Assembly: GCA_964634305.1 (NCBI GenBank)
Contig: CAZWLE010000004.1
Location: 35,059 to 99,058, forward strand
Reading direction: 5' to 3'
DNA: 64,000 nucleotides
From: an uncultured Candidatus Saccharibacteria bacterium
GTDB taxonomy: Bacteria > Patescibacteriota > Minisyncoccia > Phycocordibacterales > Phycocordibacteraceae
Shown: positions 26,791 through 35,053 of the stretch, one piece after another
Numbering within the stretch: position 1 is the first letter of the stretch
Layout of the letters: each line of letters starts with the position of its first letter
Program-made: the position numbers and the translations under genes
Notes under the pieces: generated by a model
The model's input: the letters and a program-made list of their open reading frames with translations, nothing else
The model's database searches: none
What the model was told of the DNA's origin: nothing

Positions 26791-28044
26791 CTAGATTAGT
26801 TTTTCGAGTTCTTCGCGCACGACGTCGGCATCACTCCACGTCTCCTTCGTGCCTCCGGCGCGCATGATGTATGGGTCAGTACCTTTTCCTGAGACGAGCA
26901 CTGTATCACCAGTAGCAGCAAGGGAGAGGGCGGTACGTATCGCTTCGCGTCGATTCATGATGATGCGTGGTGCACGCTGCATACCGGCAGCCATAGCATC
27001 GACTATCGCTTTCGGGTCTTCGTCATACGGGTCTTCGTCAGTAAGGATTACTTCCGCACACGCTTCGTCAGCGATGCGTCCCATCTCTGGACGCTTCCAT
27101 GTATCGCGGCCCCCACCGGTGTTGCCAAGCACGCAGATTTTTTTACCAGGATACGCAGCATAGAGTGCGCGTAGTGAATCAGGCGTGTGCGCGTAGTCGA
27201 CGATTGCGGCAAAGTCCTGGCCGCACTCAATGCGTTCCGCGCGTCCCGGGATGCGGCTTAGTGCTTTGAGCGCTTCTGCACTCGTTGCATACGGTACGCC
27301 GAAGAACTTCGCTGCTTTTGCAGCAGCAATTGCATTCATCACGGTAAAGTCACCCGGCTGAGGCAGAGAGAACGCAACACCGTCGAGCGTGAATGCGACA
27401 CCGGTTCCTTCTGGACGAACGTTCGATGCGTCTGTGAGTGAGAAGGGAATCTGTTCTTCGACAGAGAGTGCGAGGAAGCGGCGGCCATACTCATCGTCGT
27501 TGTTTGCGACTATCGCACGCGGACGTTTTGAGGATGCGACCAACTCCTTACCAATGCGCATCTTCGCGTTGAAGTACTGCTCCATACCGCCATGACTCTC
27601 AAGATGCTCCTTTGTAAGGTTGGTGAATACCAATGTATCGAGCGAGAGGAAGAGGTGGCGTGACTGGAGTGCGTCCTCCGAGGTGAGTTCAACGACTGCG
27701 TACTCACATTTCGCTTTCACTGCGTCAGCGAGAAAGTGCTGAATGAACCCGCGACCCGGCAAGGTCATCTTGAAACGGTTTGGTGTCTCGGTACCTGCGA
27801 TACGAAAGTGAATGGTCGACGAAAGCGCCACGCGGTTACCCGCGTGTTCAAGGATGGCGGCAATCATTTCAGTTACCGATGATTTACCTTTGGTGCCGGT
27901 AACGCCAATGACGCGTAGTTTTTTCGACGGCATGCCGTATAGAGTCGCACTCTGCCACGCAAGCAGGAAATGATAGGGCGCAACGAGTGCCCGATAGACG
28001 AAGCGGGGAAGGACTGCCTCAATAGCTCGCTTGAGCGGGTCCAT
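26791..28044 (-). CDS. murE: Mur ligase family protein (MurE-like UDP-MurNAc-tripeptide synthetase)
   Basis: The P-loop is GVTGTKGKSSVT, with Mur ligase middle and C-terminal domains. Start was taken at MDPLKRAI, which abuts the ruvA stop. Confidence 0.6.
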   Translation of the reverse strand: MDPLKRAIEAVLPRFVYRALVAPYHFLLAWQSATLYGMPSKKLRVIGVTGTKGKSSVTEMIAAILEHAGNRVALSSTIHFRIAGTETPNRFKMTLPGRGFIQHFLADAVKAKCEYAVVELTSEDALQSRHLFLSLDTLVFTNLTKEHLESHGGMEQYFNAKMRIGKELVASSKRPRAIVANNDDEYGRRFLALSVEEQIPFSLTDASNVRPEGTGVAFTLDGVAFSLPQPGDFTVMNAIAAAKAAKFFGVPYATSAEALKALSRIPGRAERIECGQDFAAIVDYAHTPDSLRALYAAYPGKKICVLGNTGGGRDTWKRPEMGRIADEACAEVILTDEDPYDEDPKAIVDAMAAGMQRAPRIIMNRREAIRTALSLAATGDTVLVSGKGTDPYIMRAGGTKETWSDADVVREELEKLI

Positions 28045-28045
28045 A

Positions 28046-28594
28046 CTATTTAGCAGAAAGAGCTGCCTTAAGACGCGCATCTTTGCCAGAAACTGATGCG
28101 GGGATACGAGCAACTGCTTTGCGTGCTTCGCGCTCGGTATACCCAAGCGCTACCAGCGTATCGAATACATCCGCATCATCGTCGGACACCACCCCTTTAT
28201 CTGAGCCTATCTTCTCGCTTATCTCGACGATAATTTTCTCTGCCGACTTCTTTCCAAGACCGACGACGCGGGTAAGGTACTGAAGGTCACGCTTACCAAT
28301 GGCTGCTTCAATATTCTCGCGGGGTGCGCGACGCAGGAGTGACATGGCCGTCTTTGGTCCTATACCCGAGACCGATAGGGTAAGTTCAAAGAAGCGACGG
28401 TCTTCTGCGTCCGTAAATCCATACAGGTCGATGCCGTCCTGTTTAACGGCCATGTGGGTGAGGAGGGTAATACTCTCACCGACAGTGAACGATTCCGGGG
28501 TGGCGACGGTCGCGAGCACGCCCCAGCCAGACACATCAATCACGATGCCAGTCGGCTCAAGCGAGAGGACGGTGCCGCGGAGCGTTCGTATCAT
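28046..28594 (-). CDS. ruvA: Holliday junction DNA helicase RuvA
   Basis: The N-terminus MIRTLRGTVLSLEPTGIVIDVSGWG matches RuvA. HhH motifs LLSVSGIGPKTAM are present. The ORF is 182 aa. Confidence 0.85.
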   Translation of the reverse strand: MIRTLRGTVLSLEPTGIVIDVSGWGVLATVATPESFTVGESITLLTHMAVKQDGIDLYGFTDAEDRRFFELTLSVSGIGPKTAMSLLRRAPRENIEAAIGKRDLQYLTRVVGLGKKSAEKIIVEISEKIGSDKGVVSDDDADVFDTLVALGYTEREARKAVARIPASVSGKDARLKAALSAK

Positions 28595-28651
28595 GTGGGT
28601 ATCCTAGCACTCCTTGCATCTACGGGCCCTTTGCCGTACTGTAGCCCTCAC

Positions 28652-28894
28652 ATGGCAATCACTAAGTCCGCAAAGAAAGCACACCGCGCATCCCTCCGGA
28701 AGCGCGTCGTTAACGTACGCCGCGCAAAGGCCTTGAAGGAAACCACCAAGGACGCACGTAAGGAGATGACCGCCGAGTCACTTGCGAAGGCCTACCAGGC
28801 TATCGATAAGGCAGCAAAGCGCGGCATCATCAAGAAGAACGCCGCGTCTCGCAAGAAGTCACGTCTTGCAAAGGCCATCGCAAAGAAAGCCTAA
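28652..28894 (+). CDS. rpsT: 30S ribosomal protein S20
   Basis: The sequence MAITKSAKKAHRASLRKRVVNVRRAKALKE... matches S20. Start was taken at ATG 28652. Confidence 0.85.
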   Translation: MAITKSAKKAHRASLRKRVVNVRRAKALKETTKDARKEMTAESLAKAYQAIDKAAKRGIIKKNAASRKKSRLAKAIAKKA

Positions 28895-28901
28895 AGAAAC
28901 A

Positions 28902-28932
28902 CCGCCCCAGTTACCCGGGGCGGTTTTCGTTT
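28902..28932. terminator. Bidirectional rho-independent terminator between rpsT and the patatin-like gene
   Basis: The structure is CCGCCCC-AGTTACCC-GGGGCGG followed by TTTTCGTTT. Confidence 0.6.
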
Positions 28933-28950
28933 AGGTGCGCAGCGAACTCG

Positions 28951-29862
28951 TTATGCCAGCAATGCGTCGAACTCACGTTCGGCGTTGCGGGCAGTTTGTT
29001 CGAGCGTGGCGGCATTTTGTTCGAGCGACTTAATGTTGCCGCTCCACGAGATGGCCCAGTTACAGGCGGTTTGCCTCCGCAAGTAGGCGAGCTCTTCCTC
29101 GAACCGCGTCGCGCGTGACGCGAACGTATCCAGCACGACTTGTGGGAGGCTGCGGGACACGTGCGGCAACCAGCGCGATAATCCTTCGTCCTTTGACTGG
29201 TACGGGCGGTTAGCTAGCACCAGTATGTCCGTTGGATGATAGCGTTCGATGACTGCGCGTGCCGGGAAGGGAAACCCGCCATCGCCGTCCATATACCGAC
29301 GCCCGTTGATGACGACGTCTGCGTGCGAGAGGCCGGGAGCTGCGATAGAGGCGCGCATGGCTTCCACCATGTCCGTCTCTTTCACATCAAGAAAAACACC
29401 TTCGCCTGTTTCGGCACACGTCACGCCTGCGTAGTAGGCAGTTCGCGAGCGACGCACCGCGTCTTGGTCAAGACCAATCTTTCGCGGTGTCTCGCCGCGA
29501 AAGACGGATGCGAGGAAATCGATATCCATCGCGAATCCACCAGTGAGTGCGCGACGAATCGACAGGAATGCTGACGTCACACATTCGTTCCAGTAGACGC
29601 TGATGCCGTCACGGATTTGTCCGGCGCCGCCATAGAGTGTTGGCGGGATGCCGGTAGAGAGCCCAAACGCATAATCGAATGCCGACATGAGGTCGCGGGC
29701 ATAGAGCGCCGCAATCTTGCCGCCGGCGTCGACGCCGCGCATGAGTCCGCTCAAGACGATGAGTGCTGGCCGAATTTCTTCGTGTCGCGCGTCACCTGCC
29801 TTCAGCAGGTCACGTTTCTCAGCAAGACGCGCAAGCGTCTCGGGGTTGCCTTCGAAGAACAT
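28951..29862 (-). CDS. Patatin-like phospholipase
   Basis: It has a G-rich oxyanion loop (VLSGLMRGVDAGG), a GxSxG nucleophile elbow (FGLSTG) and the DGG/DGD catalytic Asp motif (YMDGDGG). Confidence 0.6.
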   Translation of the reverse strand: MFFEGNPETLARLAEKRDLLKAGDARHEEIRPALIVLSGLMRGVDAGGKIAALYARDLMSAFDYAFGLSTGIPPTLYGGAGQIRDGISVYWNECVTSAFLSIRRALTGGFAMDIDFLASVFRGETPRKIGLDQDAVRRSRTAYYAGVTCAETGEGVFLDVKETDMVEAMRASIAAPGLSHADVVINGRRYMDGDGGFPFPARAVIERYHPTDILVLANRPYQSKDEGLSRWLPHVSRSLPQVVLDTFASRATRFEEELAYLRRQTACNWAISWSGNIKSLEQNAATLEQTARNAEREFDALLA

Positions 29863-29867
29863 GAGAA

Positions 29868-30377
29868 ATGCCTTTCGTACTGTTTCTCGTCCCTAACGGT
29901 ATGCAGGGGACATGCGTAAGTCAAATCGGGTGCTATGCTGCCGGCATGGAAACAACACCCAAGAAAGAAGCGTCCTTCGCAGAGCTTCTTATCACGTTCT
30001 GGCTAAGCTCATGGTTTTCGCTCCCACTCATTGTCTTCTTGGTGATTGTGGTCCCTGCAGCCTTTTTTGTGCCTGAACCGTTTCTTACCGGACTCGTGGT
30101 AGTGGTAGGACTCGTAACCCTTTGGTTTAGTCCGCGGTTCGGAGCGCACTACATCAATAAGCGCTATGTGGTACCAGACCACGCCAAGATTCTTAAATGG
30201 ACCCTTATATGGAATGTCGTGTTTTCTGCGCTCGGTATCGTGCTTGCGGTAAATAGTTTTGTTGAGCTGGCATATACCTTTCCAGTAGCAATGCTTGCTA
30301 TGGACGTCGTGTACAACGTGCTTACGGTTGTGGTGATTTACTACGCAAGCAAACGCGCGCTTCTTGGTACGTACTAA
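29868..30377 (+). CDS. Hypothetical polytopic membrane protein
   Basis: The ORF is 169 aa with 4 predicted TM helices. Confidence 0.35.
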   Translation: MPFVLFLVPNGMQGTCVSQIGCYAAGMETTPKKEASFAELLITFWLSSWFSLPLIVFLVIVVPAAFFVPEPFLTGLVVVVGLVTLWFSPRFGAHYINKRYVVPDHAKILKWTLIWNVVFSALGIVLAVNSFVELAYTFPVAMLAMDVVYNVLTVVVIYYASKRALLGTY

Positions 30378-30381
30378 GTAG

Positions 30382-30453
30382 TGCTCCTGGCAGGAATCGA
30401 ACCTGCATCTTCTCCTTCGGAGGGAAATATCCTATCCATTGAACGACAGGAGC
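30382..30453 (-). tRNA. tRNA-Arg (anticodon CCG, tentative)
   Basis: The reverse complement folds with acceptor GCTCCTG/CAGGAGC, T-loop TTCGATT and anticodon loop CTCCGAA. The D-arm is shared with the neighbouring tRNA. Confidence 0.6.
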
Positions 30454-30516
30454 GTGGAAGGGTTATAGCATGAACGCTTGCGAAGCAGCCGCCGGAACGA
30501 TAGAGTCACCTCTAAC

Positions 30517-30591
30517 GCTCTCGTCGTTCAATGGATAGGACGCTAGCTTGCGGAGCTGGTAATGTAGGTTCGATTCCTACCGAGAGCACCA
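30517..30591 (+). tRNA. tRNA-Arg (anticodon GCG as read; ACG not excluded), with encoded CCA
   Basis: The fold has acceptor GCTCTCG/CGAGAGC, D-arm GTTCAATGGATAGGAC, anticodon loop TTGCGGA and T-loop TTCGATT. Confidence 0.6.
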
Positions 30592-30600
30592 GAAGAGAAC

Positions 30601-30625
30601 AGCCGCCTTCGAGGGCGGCTGTTCT
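30601..30625. terminator. Hairpin between the tRNA-Arg pair and the downstream minus-strand gene
   Basis: The structure is AGCCGCC-TTCGAG-GGCGGCT. Confidence 0.4.
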
Positions 30626-30628
30626 CCG

Positions 30629-31129
30629 TTAGAGACGGAAGAGGTCGACGACGCGGTCAAAGACAGAGTGTTCGTGCTTGCCGTCAGGAAGATGGAGCGA
30701 CATATATTCGTATACCGCCATAGGGTCCTCTCCAACGATAGGAATAAGAAGATGGGGAGCGAGGAGGTTGCGCGTCTTTACTGAAAGGGAAGGAGGCAAT
30801 GTCTCGTCTATATACTCGAGTACCGAGAAATGCAGCATGCTCTCAAACGGATAGAGATTCTCATCAATCGCAACACCATCTTCGTAGATAGCGAAGCGAT
30901 GGACGCGCGGACGCTTAGCAGCAGCAATCGCTATCGCGCCCGCAGCCGTTGCGATAACAAGCGCGAGCAGAACGTTACCAAAAAGAATCGCAGCAATAGC
31001 AGCAGCGGTTGCAATGATGCCAAGCGCCCAATACCAATCGGCGCCTTTCTCTTCAAAACGATATTCACGTCCTTCCCACGTAAATACAGGAACGCGAGCC
31101 ATGCGTAGATGATAGCACTCGGTAAACAC
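30629..31129 (-). CDS. Hypothetical membrane protein
   Basis: The ORF is 166 aa with two central Ala-rich TM helices. Confidence 0.35.
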   Translation of the reverse strand: MFTECYHLRMARVPVFTWEGREYRFEEKGADWYWALGIIATAAAIAAILFGNVLLALVIATAAGAIAIAAAKRPRVHRFAIYEDGVAIDENLYPFESMLHFSVLEYIDETLPPSLSVKTRNLLAPHLLIPIVGEDPMAVYEYMSLHLPDGKHEHSVFDRVVDLFRL

Positions 31130-31163
31130 AAAACAGACGCACGTGCGTCTGTTTTGTTAGATG

Positions 31164-31248
31164 CGGAGGAGGTGAGATTCGAACTCACGACAGGTTGCCC
31201 CGTGCTTGTTTTCAAGACAAGTGCCTTAGACCACTCGGCCACTCCTCC
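31164..31248 (-). tRNA. tRNA-Ser (anticodon TGA), long variable arm
   Basis: The 85-nt reverse complement folds with acceptor GGAGGAG/CTCCTCC, anticodon loop CTTGAAA, long variable arm, T-loop TTCGAAT and discriminator G. Confidence 0.8.
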
Positions 31249-31252
31249 GTTG

Positions 31253-31612
31253 TTATGCGTCTTTGTTTCTGCTCCCCAGGATTGATGAATCAAGCCCGAG
31301 GCGCACCCGCCACTCATGCAACTGGGGGAAGAGATAGGTCGTACCTGCCTGGTTGTTGTCTTTCTGGAACCAGGCAAGGTAGATAATCTCAAGCACTCCC
31401 ACCGTATTGAAGAGCACGAGGGCGATAAACCAGAGTCGCTGCTTGTTGCGCGCCGCGTACCAGAGGCCAAGCGCTTTAAAAGCCAGCGACCAGATACTTA
31501 TAAAGAAGAACAGGATAAAAAGAAAGGCCGCGTCAAAGGTGAACGCGCTGCCGGCGGGGCCGAGGAAGGGGTCCTGAAGGAGGGAGCTCCACATATATAG
31601 GGAGAGTAGCAC
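31253..31612 (-). CDS. Small hypothetical membrane protein
   Basis: The ORF is 119 aa with 2-3 TM helices. Confidence 0.35.
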   Translation of the reverse strand: MLLSLYMWSSLLQDPFLGPAGSAFTFDAAFLFILFFFISIWSLAFKALGLWYAARNKQRLWFIALVLFNTVGVLEIIYLAWFQKDNNQAGTTYLFPQLHEWRVRLGLDSSILGSRNKDA

Positions 31613-31631
31613 ATAGTATAGGATAGGGGAG

Positions 31632-32024
31632 ATGCGCTATCTCGGTATCGACTACGGCTCAGGCAAGGTGGGTCTCGCGCTCTCTGATGAAGCAGGGAGC
31701 ATGGGGTTCCCTAAAGAAACGGTACGCAATGACGTAAAGCTCATAGAGTATGTCCGGACGCTTGCTGCTAAGGAAGATGTAGGGGCGGTCGTGATAGGGG
31801 AGTCGCGGATGCTCGACGGCACTGAAAATCCTATTGCCGCAAAAGCGCGCGCATTTGGCGCGCAGCTCTCGGAAGAGAGTGGGTTGCCGGTCTATTACGA
31901 GAGCGAGGTGCTCACGACCCAAGAAGCACGTCGTGCACCGGACGGCACGCGCGGAAGTGGTGATGTAGATGCGTCCGCTGCGGCGCTTATCCTTACTAGT
32001 TATCTTTCTCGAAGCCATGAGTGA
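31632..32024 (+). CDS. ruvX: Putative pre-16S rRNA nuclease / Holliday junction resolvase-like YqgF (RuvX)
   Basis: The N-terminus is MRYLGIDYGSGKVGLALSD. The ORF is 130 aa. Confidence 0.75.
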   Translation: MRYLGIDYGSGKVGLALSDEAGSMGFPKETVRNDVKLIEYVRTLAAKEDVGAVVIGESRMLDGTENPIAAKARAFGAQLSEESGLPVYYESEVLTTQEARRAPDGTRGSGDVDASAAALILTSYLSRSHE

Positions 32025-32358
32025 TGAACGTATTTCTATAGACGACCTTTCAAAGGTTGAAGTGAGTATTGGCACCGTCAAAGCGGCTGAACGTGTGCCA
32101 GAGACCGACAAGCTTATTAAATGTCTCGTCGATTTTGGGGAAGAGAGCGGGCCACGCACGATTGTGTCCGGCATCGCGCTTTATGTGCCTGAACCAGAAA
32201 CCCTTATCGGTCGTCAGTTGGCGTACGTCACGAACCTCGCGCCAAGAACCATCAAAGGCATTGAATCAAACGGTATGCTCTTTGCGGTTGGCTCTGGCGA
32301 CACGTTTGCCTTTCTCACGCCGGATAGACCGGTACCACCAGGTACGGGCGCTCATTAA
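32017..32358 (+). CDS. csaA: Standalone tRNA-binding domain protein (CsaA/Trbp111, EMAP-like OB fold)
   Basis: The sequence LSKVEVSIGTVKAAERVPETDKLIKCLVDFGEESGPRTIVSGIA...SNGMLFA is the Myf-domain pattern otherwise found at the MetG C-terminus. Start was taken at MSDERISIDD. Confidence 0.6.
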   Translation: MSDERISIDDLSKVEVSIGTVKAAERVPETDKLIKCLVDFGEESGPRTIVSGIALYVPEPETLIGRQLAYVTNLAPRTIKGIESNGMLFAVGSGDTFAFLTPDRPVPPGTGAH

Positions 32359-32385
32359 CGAGTAACAGGAGGGTATACTCTACGC

Positions 32386-33468
32386 ATGACCGCTCTTTCG
32401 CGCGTTCTTCGCGTCGAATTTCCACCACCCTCATATCTTGCGCCTGCAACGGCAGGTATCGATATCTCCACGAGTGGTATCAAGATTGCAAAACTCGTTG
32501 AAAAAGCACACGGCCTTGAGCTCGCTGATTATGCAGAGCTTCCCCTTCCGACCGGTACGGTCGTTGATGGTGAGATTCGTGACCCTGCAGCGGTAGTGCA
32601 AGGGTTGAAAGAACTCGCCGCAAAGCATCACCTTAAAGTCGCGAGCATCGCACTCCCAGAATCCCGAGGCTATCTCTTTGAAGCGGAAGCTGAGGGTGCC
32701 TCCATGGACGAGGCGAAAGTCGCTATCGAGCGCCGCCTCGATGAATATGTGCCACTTCCTGCAAATGATGTCGCGTTTGCGATTGCACCGCTCCCTAAAA
32801 AGGACGCGACACAGCATGTGGTGGGGGTAGGGTACGCGCGTCGTGTCGTTGACGATTCTCTTGCTGCACTCGATGAAGCGGGGATACGTGCACGTGCGAT
32901 TGAAAGTGAGACCTTTGCACTGCCCCGTGCACTTCTCCCACACGGAAACAACGAGACGGTACTCATTATTGATATCGGTAAGACAACGACGAAACTCTTA
33001 GTGGCCACGAGTCGTCTGCCACGATACGTCACCACGCTTGATATTGGTGGTCACGCACTCACGCTTGCCGTAGAGAAACACTTTGGGGTGTCAGAAGAAG
33101 AAGCAAAGCGTGTGAAAGCAGAGCGCGGTATCGTGCCTGGTTCTGGTAACGAAGAGTATCTTGCGGCGATGCTTTCAACCGTGTCGGTGATACGCGATGA
33201 AATCGCCAAGCGTCTTGAGTACTGGCAGTCGCGTCCTGAGACCACCGCCGGAAACGATGCTGTAACGCGCGCGATACTTGTTGGTGGTAATGCAACGGTA
33301 CTTGGTCTTCCTGAGTATTTGCAGACGTCATTGAAAGTCCCCGTAGAACTTGGGGATGTGTTTGCTAACTTTGCGCCGCGTGAGATATGGCTTCCACCGC
33401 TTGAGTACACCGAGTCACTCGCGTACGGCACGGCGATAGGCCTCGCGCTTCGAGACTATGTCAACTGA
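32386..33468 (+). CDS. pilM: Type IV pilus assembly protein PilM (actin-like ATPase fold)
   Basis: The ORF is 360 aa with the GIDISTSGIKIAKL N-terminal motif and the FtsA/PilM fold pattern. pilN/pilO-like genes follow. Confidence 0.7.
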   Translation: MTALSRVLRVEFPPPSYLAPATAGIDISTSGIKIAKLVEKAHGLELADYAELPLPTGTVVDGEIRDPAAVVQGLKELAAKHHLKVASIALPESRGYLFEAEAEGASMDEAKVAIERRLDEYVPLPANDVAFAIAPLPKKDATQHVVGVGYARRVVDDSLAALDEAGIRARAIESETFALPRALLPHGNNETVLIIDIGKTTTKLLVATSRLPRYVTTLDIGGHALTLAVEKHFGVSEEEAKRVKAERGIVPGSGNEEYLAAMLSTVSVIRDEIAKRLEYWQSRPETTAGNDAVTRAILVGGNATVLGLPEYLQTSLKVPVELGDVFANFAPREIWLPPLEYTESLAYGTAIGLALRDYVN

Positions 33469-34009
33469 ACTTACTAATCTTTTGCCTCACGCACGACAGC
33501 TCACGGAGAAGCGTGAGTATCTTGTACGTCTTGCGACGCTTTCCTGCATAGTGGCGACGTTTGTCGTAGTGGTGCACGGGGCACTATTGGTACCGTCGTA
33601 TCTGTATCTCTCTGAACAGGTTGGTCTCGAGCGTGCACGTATTGCTGAACTCGACGCGGCGCTCGCGCTAAGTGGGGAAGGGGAACTCTCAACGCGTGTC
33701 AGCACCTTGAAAGCGGATGCGGCGCGGTTGAGTGCGGTGAGCACCTCACCTGCAGCAACGACGGTGCTGCGTGCAGTCCTCGCACTTCCCTCAAATGGCA
33801 TTACGCTTTCTGCATTCACGTTCCATGCGCCACCTGAAGGACGTATCTCGGTAACTGGAACGGCTGCGACGCGTGAGTCACTTCGTCAGTACGCTGCAGC
33901 ACTCGAAACGCTTACATTCGCAGAGAGTACCGACTTACCACTCTCGGCTTATGCACGGGAGAGTGATATTCCATTTACGATTACGCTCACCGGTCCTCTT
34001 ACGCCATGA
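33458..34009 (+). CDS. pilN: PilN-like bitopic membrane protein
   Basis: It has a short cytoplasmic N-terminus, one TM (LSCIVATFVVVVHGALLVPSYLYL), and a periplasmic coiled-coil plus domain. It overlaps the pilM end. Confidence 0.5.
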   Translation: MSTELTNLLPHARQLTEKREYLVRLATLSCIVATFVVVVHGALLVPSYLYLSEQVGLERARIAELDAALALSGEGELSTRVSTLKADAARLSAVSTSPAATTVLRAVLALPSNGITLSAFTFHAPPEGRISVTGTAATRESLRQYAAALETLTFAESTDLPLSAYARESDIPFTITLTGPLTP

Positions 34010-34521
34010 ACACGTCTTTCATACATCTAGGCATTGCTGCACTAGTACTCGTGCTTGCTGCGGGCGGGTACGCACTTGGCTTTCACATGGTGTCTGAAGC
34101 AAAGGCGGAAGCTACGACGCTTGCAGGAGAAATAGCGGCTAAAGAAGCAGCGCAGGCACGCGGCGCAGGCGCACGCGCACGCTTGCTTGAGGTGGCGTCA
34201 GACGAAACATTCCTCGCGTCGCACTTTGTCGCCACTGCTGACATCGTGTCGTTTCTTGAGGACCTTGAAGGTGCAGGAGATGCGTTTGGGGCAGTAGTAT
34301 CTGTCGCGTCAGTATCAGGAGACGAAGCGAATCAGGGAGGACGCATCACGCTCTCGCTTTCTATTCGTGGTTCATTCGATGCGGTCATGCGTACACTTGG
34401 GGTGCTTGAACACGGACGCTATGTTCTCTCGTCTCGCGACTTGGTGTGGAGCGGTGGCGCAGAAGGAGAGTGGGCGGTGACCGGCACGTTCGTTGCAGAA
34501 ACTAAAACCACTACACCATGA
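34006..34521 (+). CDS. pilO: PilO-like bitopic membrane protein
   Basis: It has one N-terminal TM (IAALVLVLAAGGYALGF) followed by a coiled-coil region. It overlaps the pilN end by 4 nt. Confidence 0.45.
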   Translation: MNTSFIHLGIAALVLVLAAGGYALGFHMVSEAKAEATTLAGEIAAKEAAQARGAGARARLLEVASDETFLASHFVATADIVSFLEDLEGAGDAFGAVVSVASVSGDEANQGGRITLSLSIRGSFDAVMRTLGVLEHGRYVLSSRDLVWSGGAEGEWAVTGTFVAETKTTTP

Positions 34522-34823
34522 CCTTGCCTCCAGCCCTACAAAAGATTTTGAAGAAACTGCGGCTTGGCGGCCACAGCGGACACGCTGACCCGGCACGTGA
34601 CTGGGCACTCCTTCTCTCTCTTGCACTCGTAGTCATCATTGCAAGCGTTGCGTGGAATGTGTGGTTCTTCTTTGAAGTATTGAACGCGCAGCCAGTCGTT
34701 GAAGCGCCTGCGACCGAGGAAGAAACAGATACGGTGGCGCCCCTACGAACACTCTTCGAAGAGCGAGCAGCAGAGGAAGCCCGCTATCGAAACGAGTATC
34801 GTTTCGTTGACCCGGGCAACTAA
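34518..34823 (+). CDS. Small membrane protein, last gene of the pilMNO cluster
   Basis: The ORF is 101 aa with one TM (LLLSLALVVIIASVAWNVWFFF). It overlaps pilO by 4 nt. Confidence 0.35.
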   Translation: MTLPPALQKILKKLRLGGHSGHADPARDWALLLSLALVVIIASVAWNVWFFFEVLNAQPVVEAPATEEETDTVAPLRTLFEERAAEEARYRNEYRFVDPGN

Positions 34824-34841
34824 GGCGGATAGGCTACAGGG

Positions 34842-34913
34842 GCCTCCATAGCTCAATGGATAGAGCTGCGGACTTCTAAGCCGTCGATGTTGGTTCGATT
34901 CCAGCTGGAGGCA
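34842..34913 (+). tRNA. tRNA-Arg (anticodon TCT)
   Basis: The fold has acceptor GCCTCCA/TGGAGGC, D-arm GCTCAATGGATAGAGC, anticodon loop CTTCTAA (as in argU-type tRNAs) and T-loop TTCGATT. One mismatch sits at the anticodon stem closing pair. Confidence 0.65.
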
Positions 34914-34928
34914 CAAGCAGAGATGAAT

Positions 34929-35013
34929 GGGCATGTGGCGGAATTGGTATACGCGTACGTCTCAGAAGCGTATGGAGCAATCCTTGGAGGTTCGAGTCCT
35001 CTCATGCCCACCA
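34929..35013 (+). tRNA. tRNA-Leu (anticodon CAG) with encoded CCA
   Basis: The fold has acceptor GGGCATG/CATGCCC, anticodon loop CTCAGAA, long variable arm and T-loop TTCGAGT. Confidence 0.8.
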
Positions 35014-35018
35014 GATAG

Positions 35019-35047
35019 AAAAACCGAATGTTCTGCGTTCGGTTTTT
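35019..35047. terminator. Rho-independent terminator after the tRNA-Arg/tRNA-Leu pair
   Basis: The structure is AAAAACCGAA-TGTTCTGCG-TTCGGTTTTT. Confidence 0.6.
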
Positions 35048-35053
35048 CTATAC

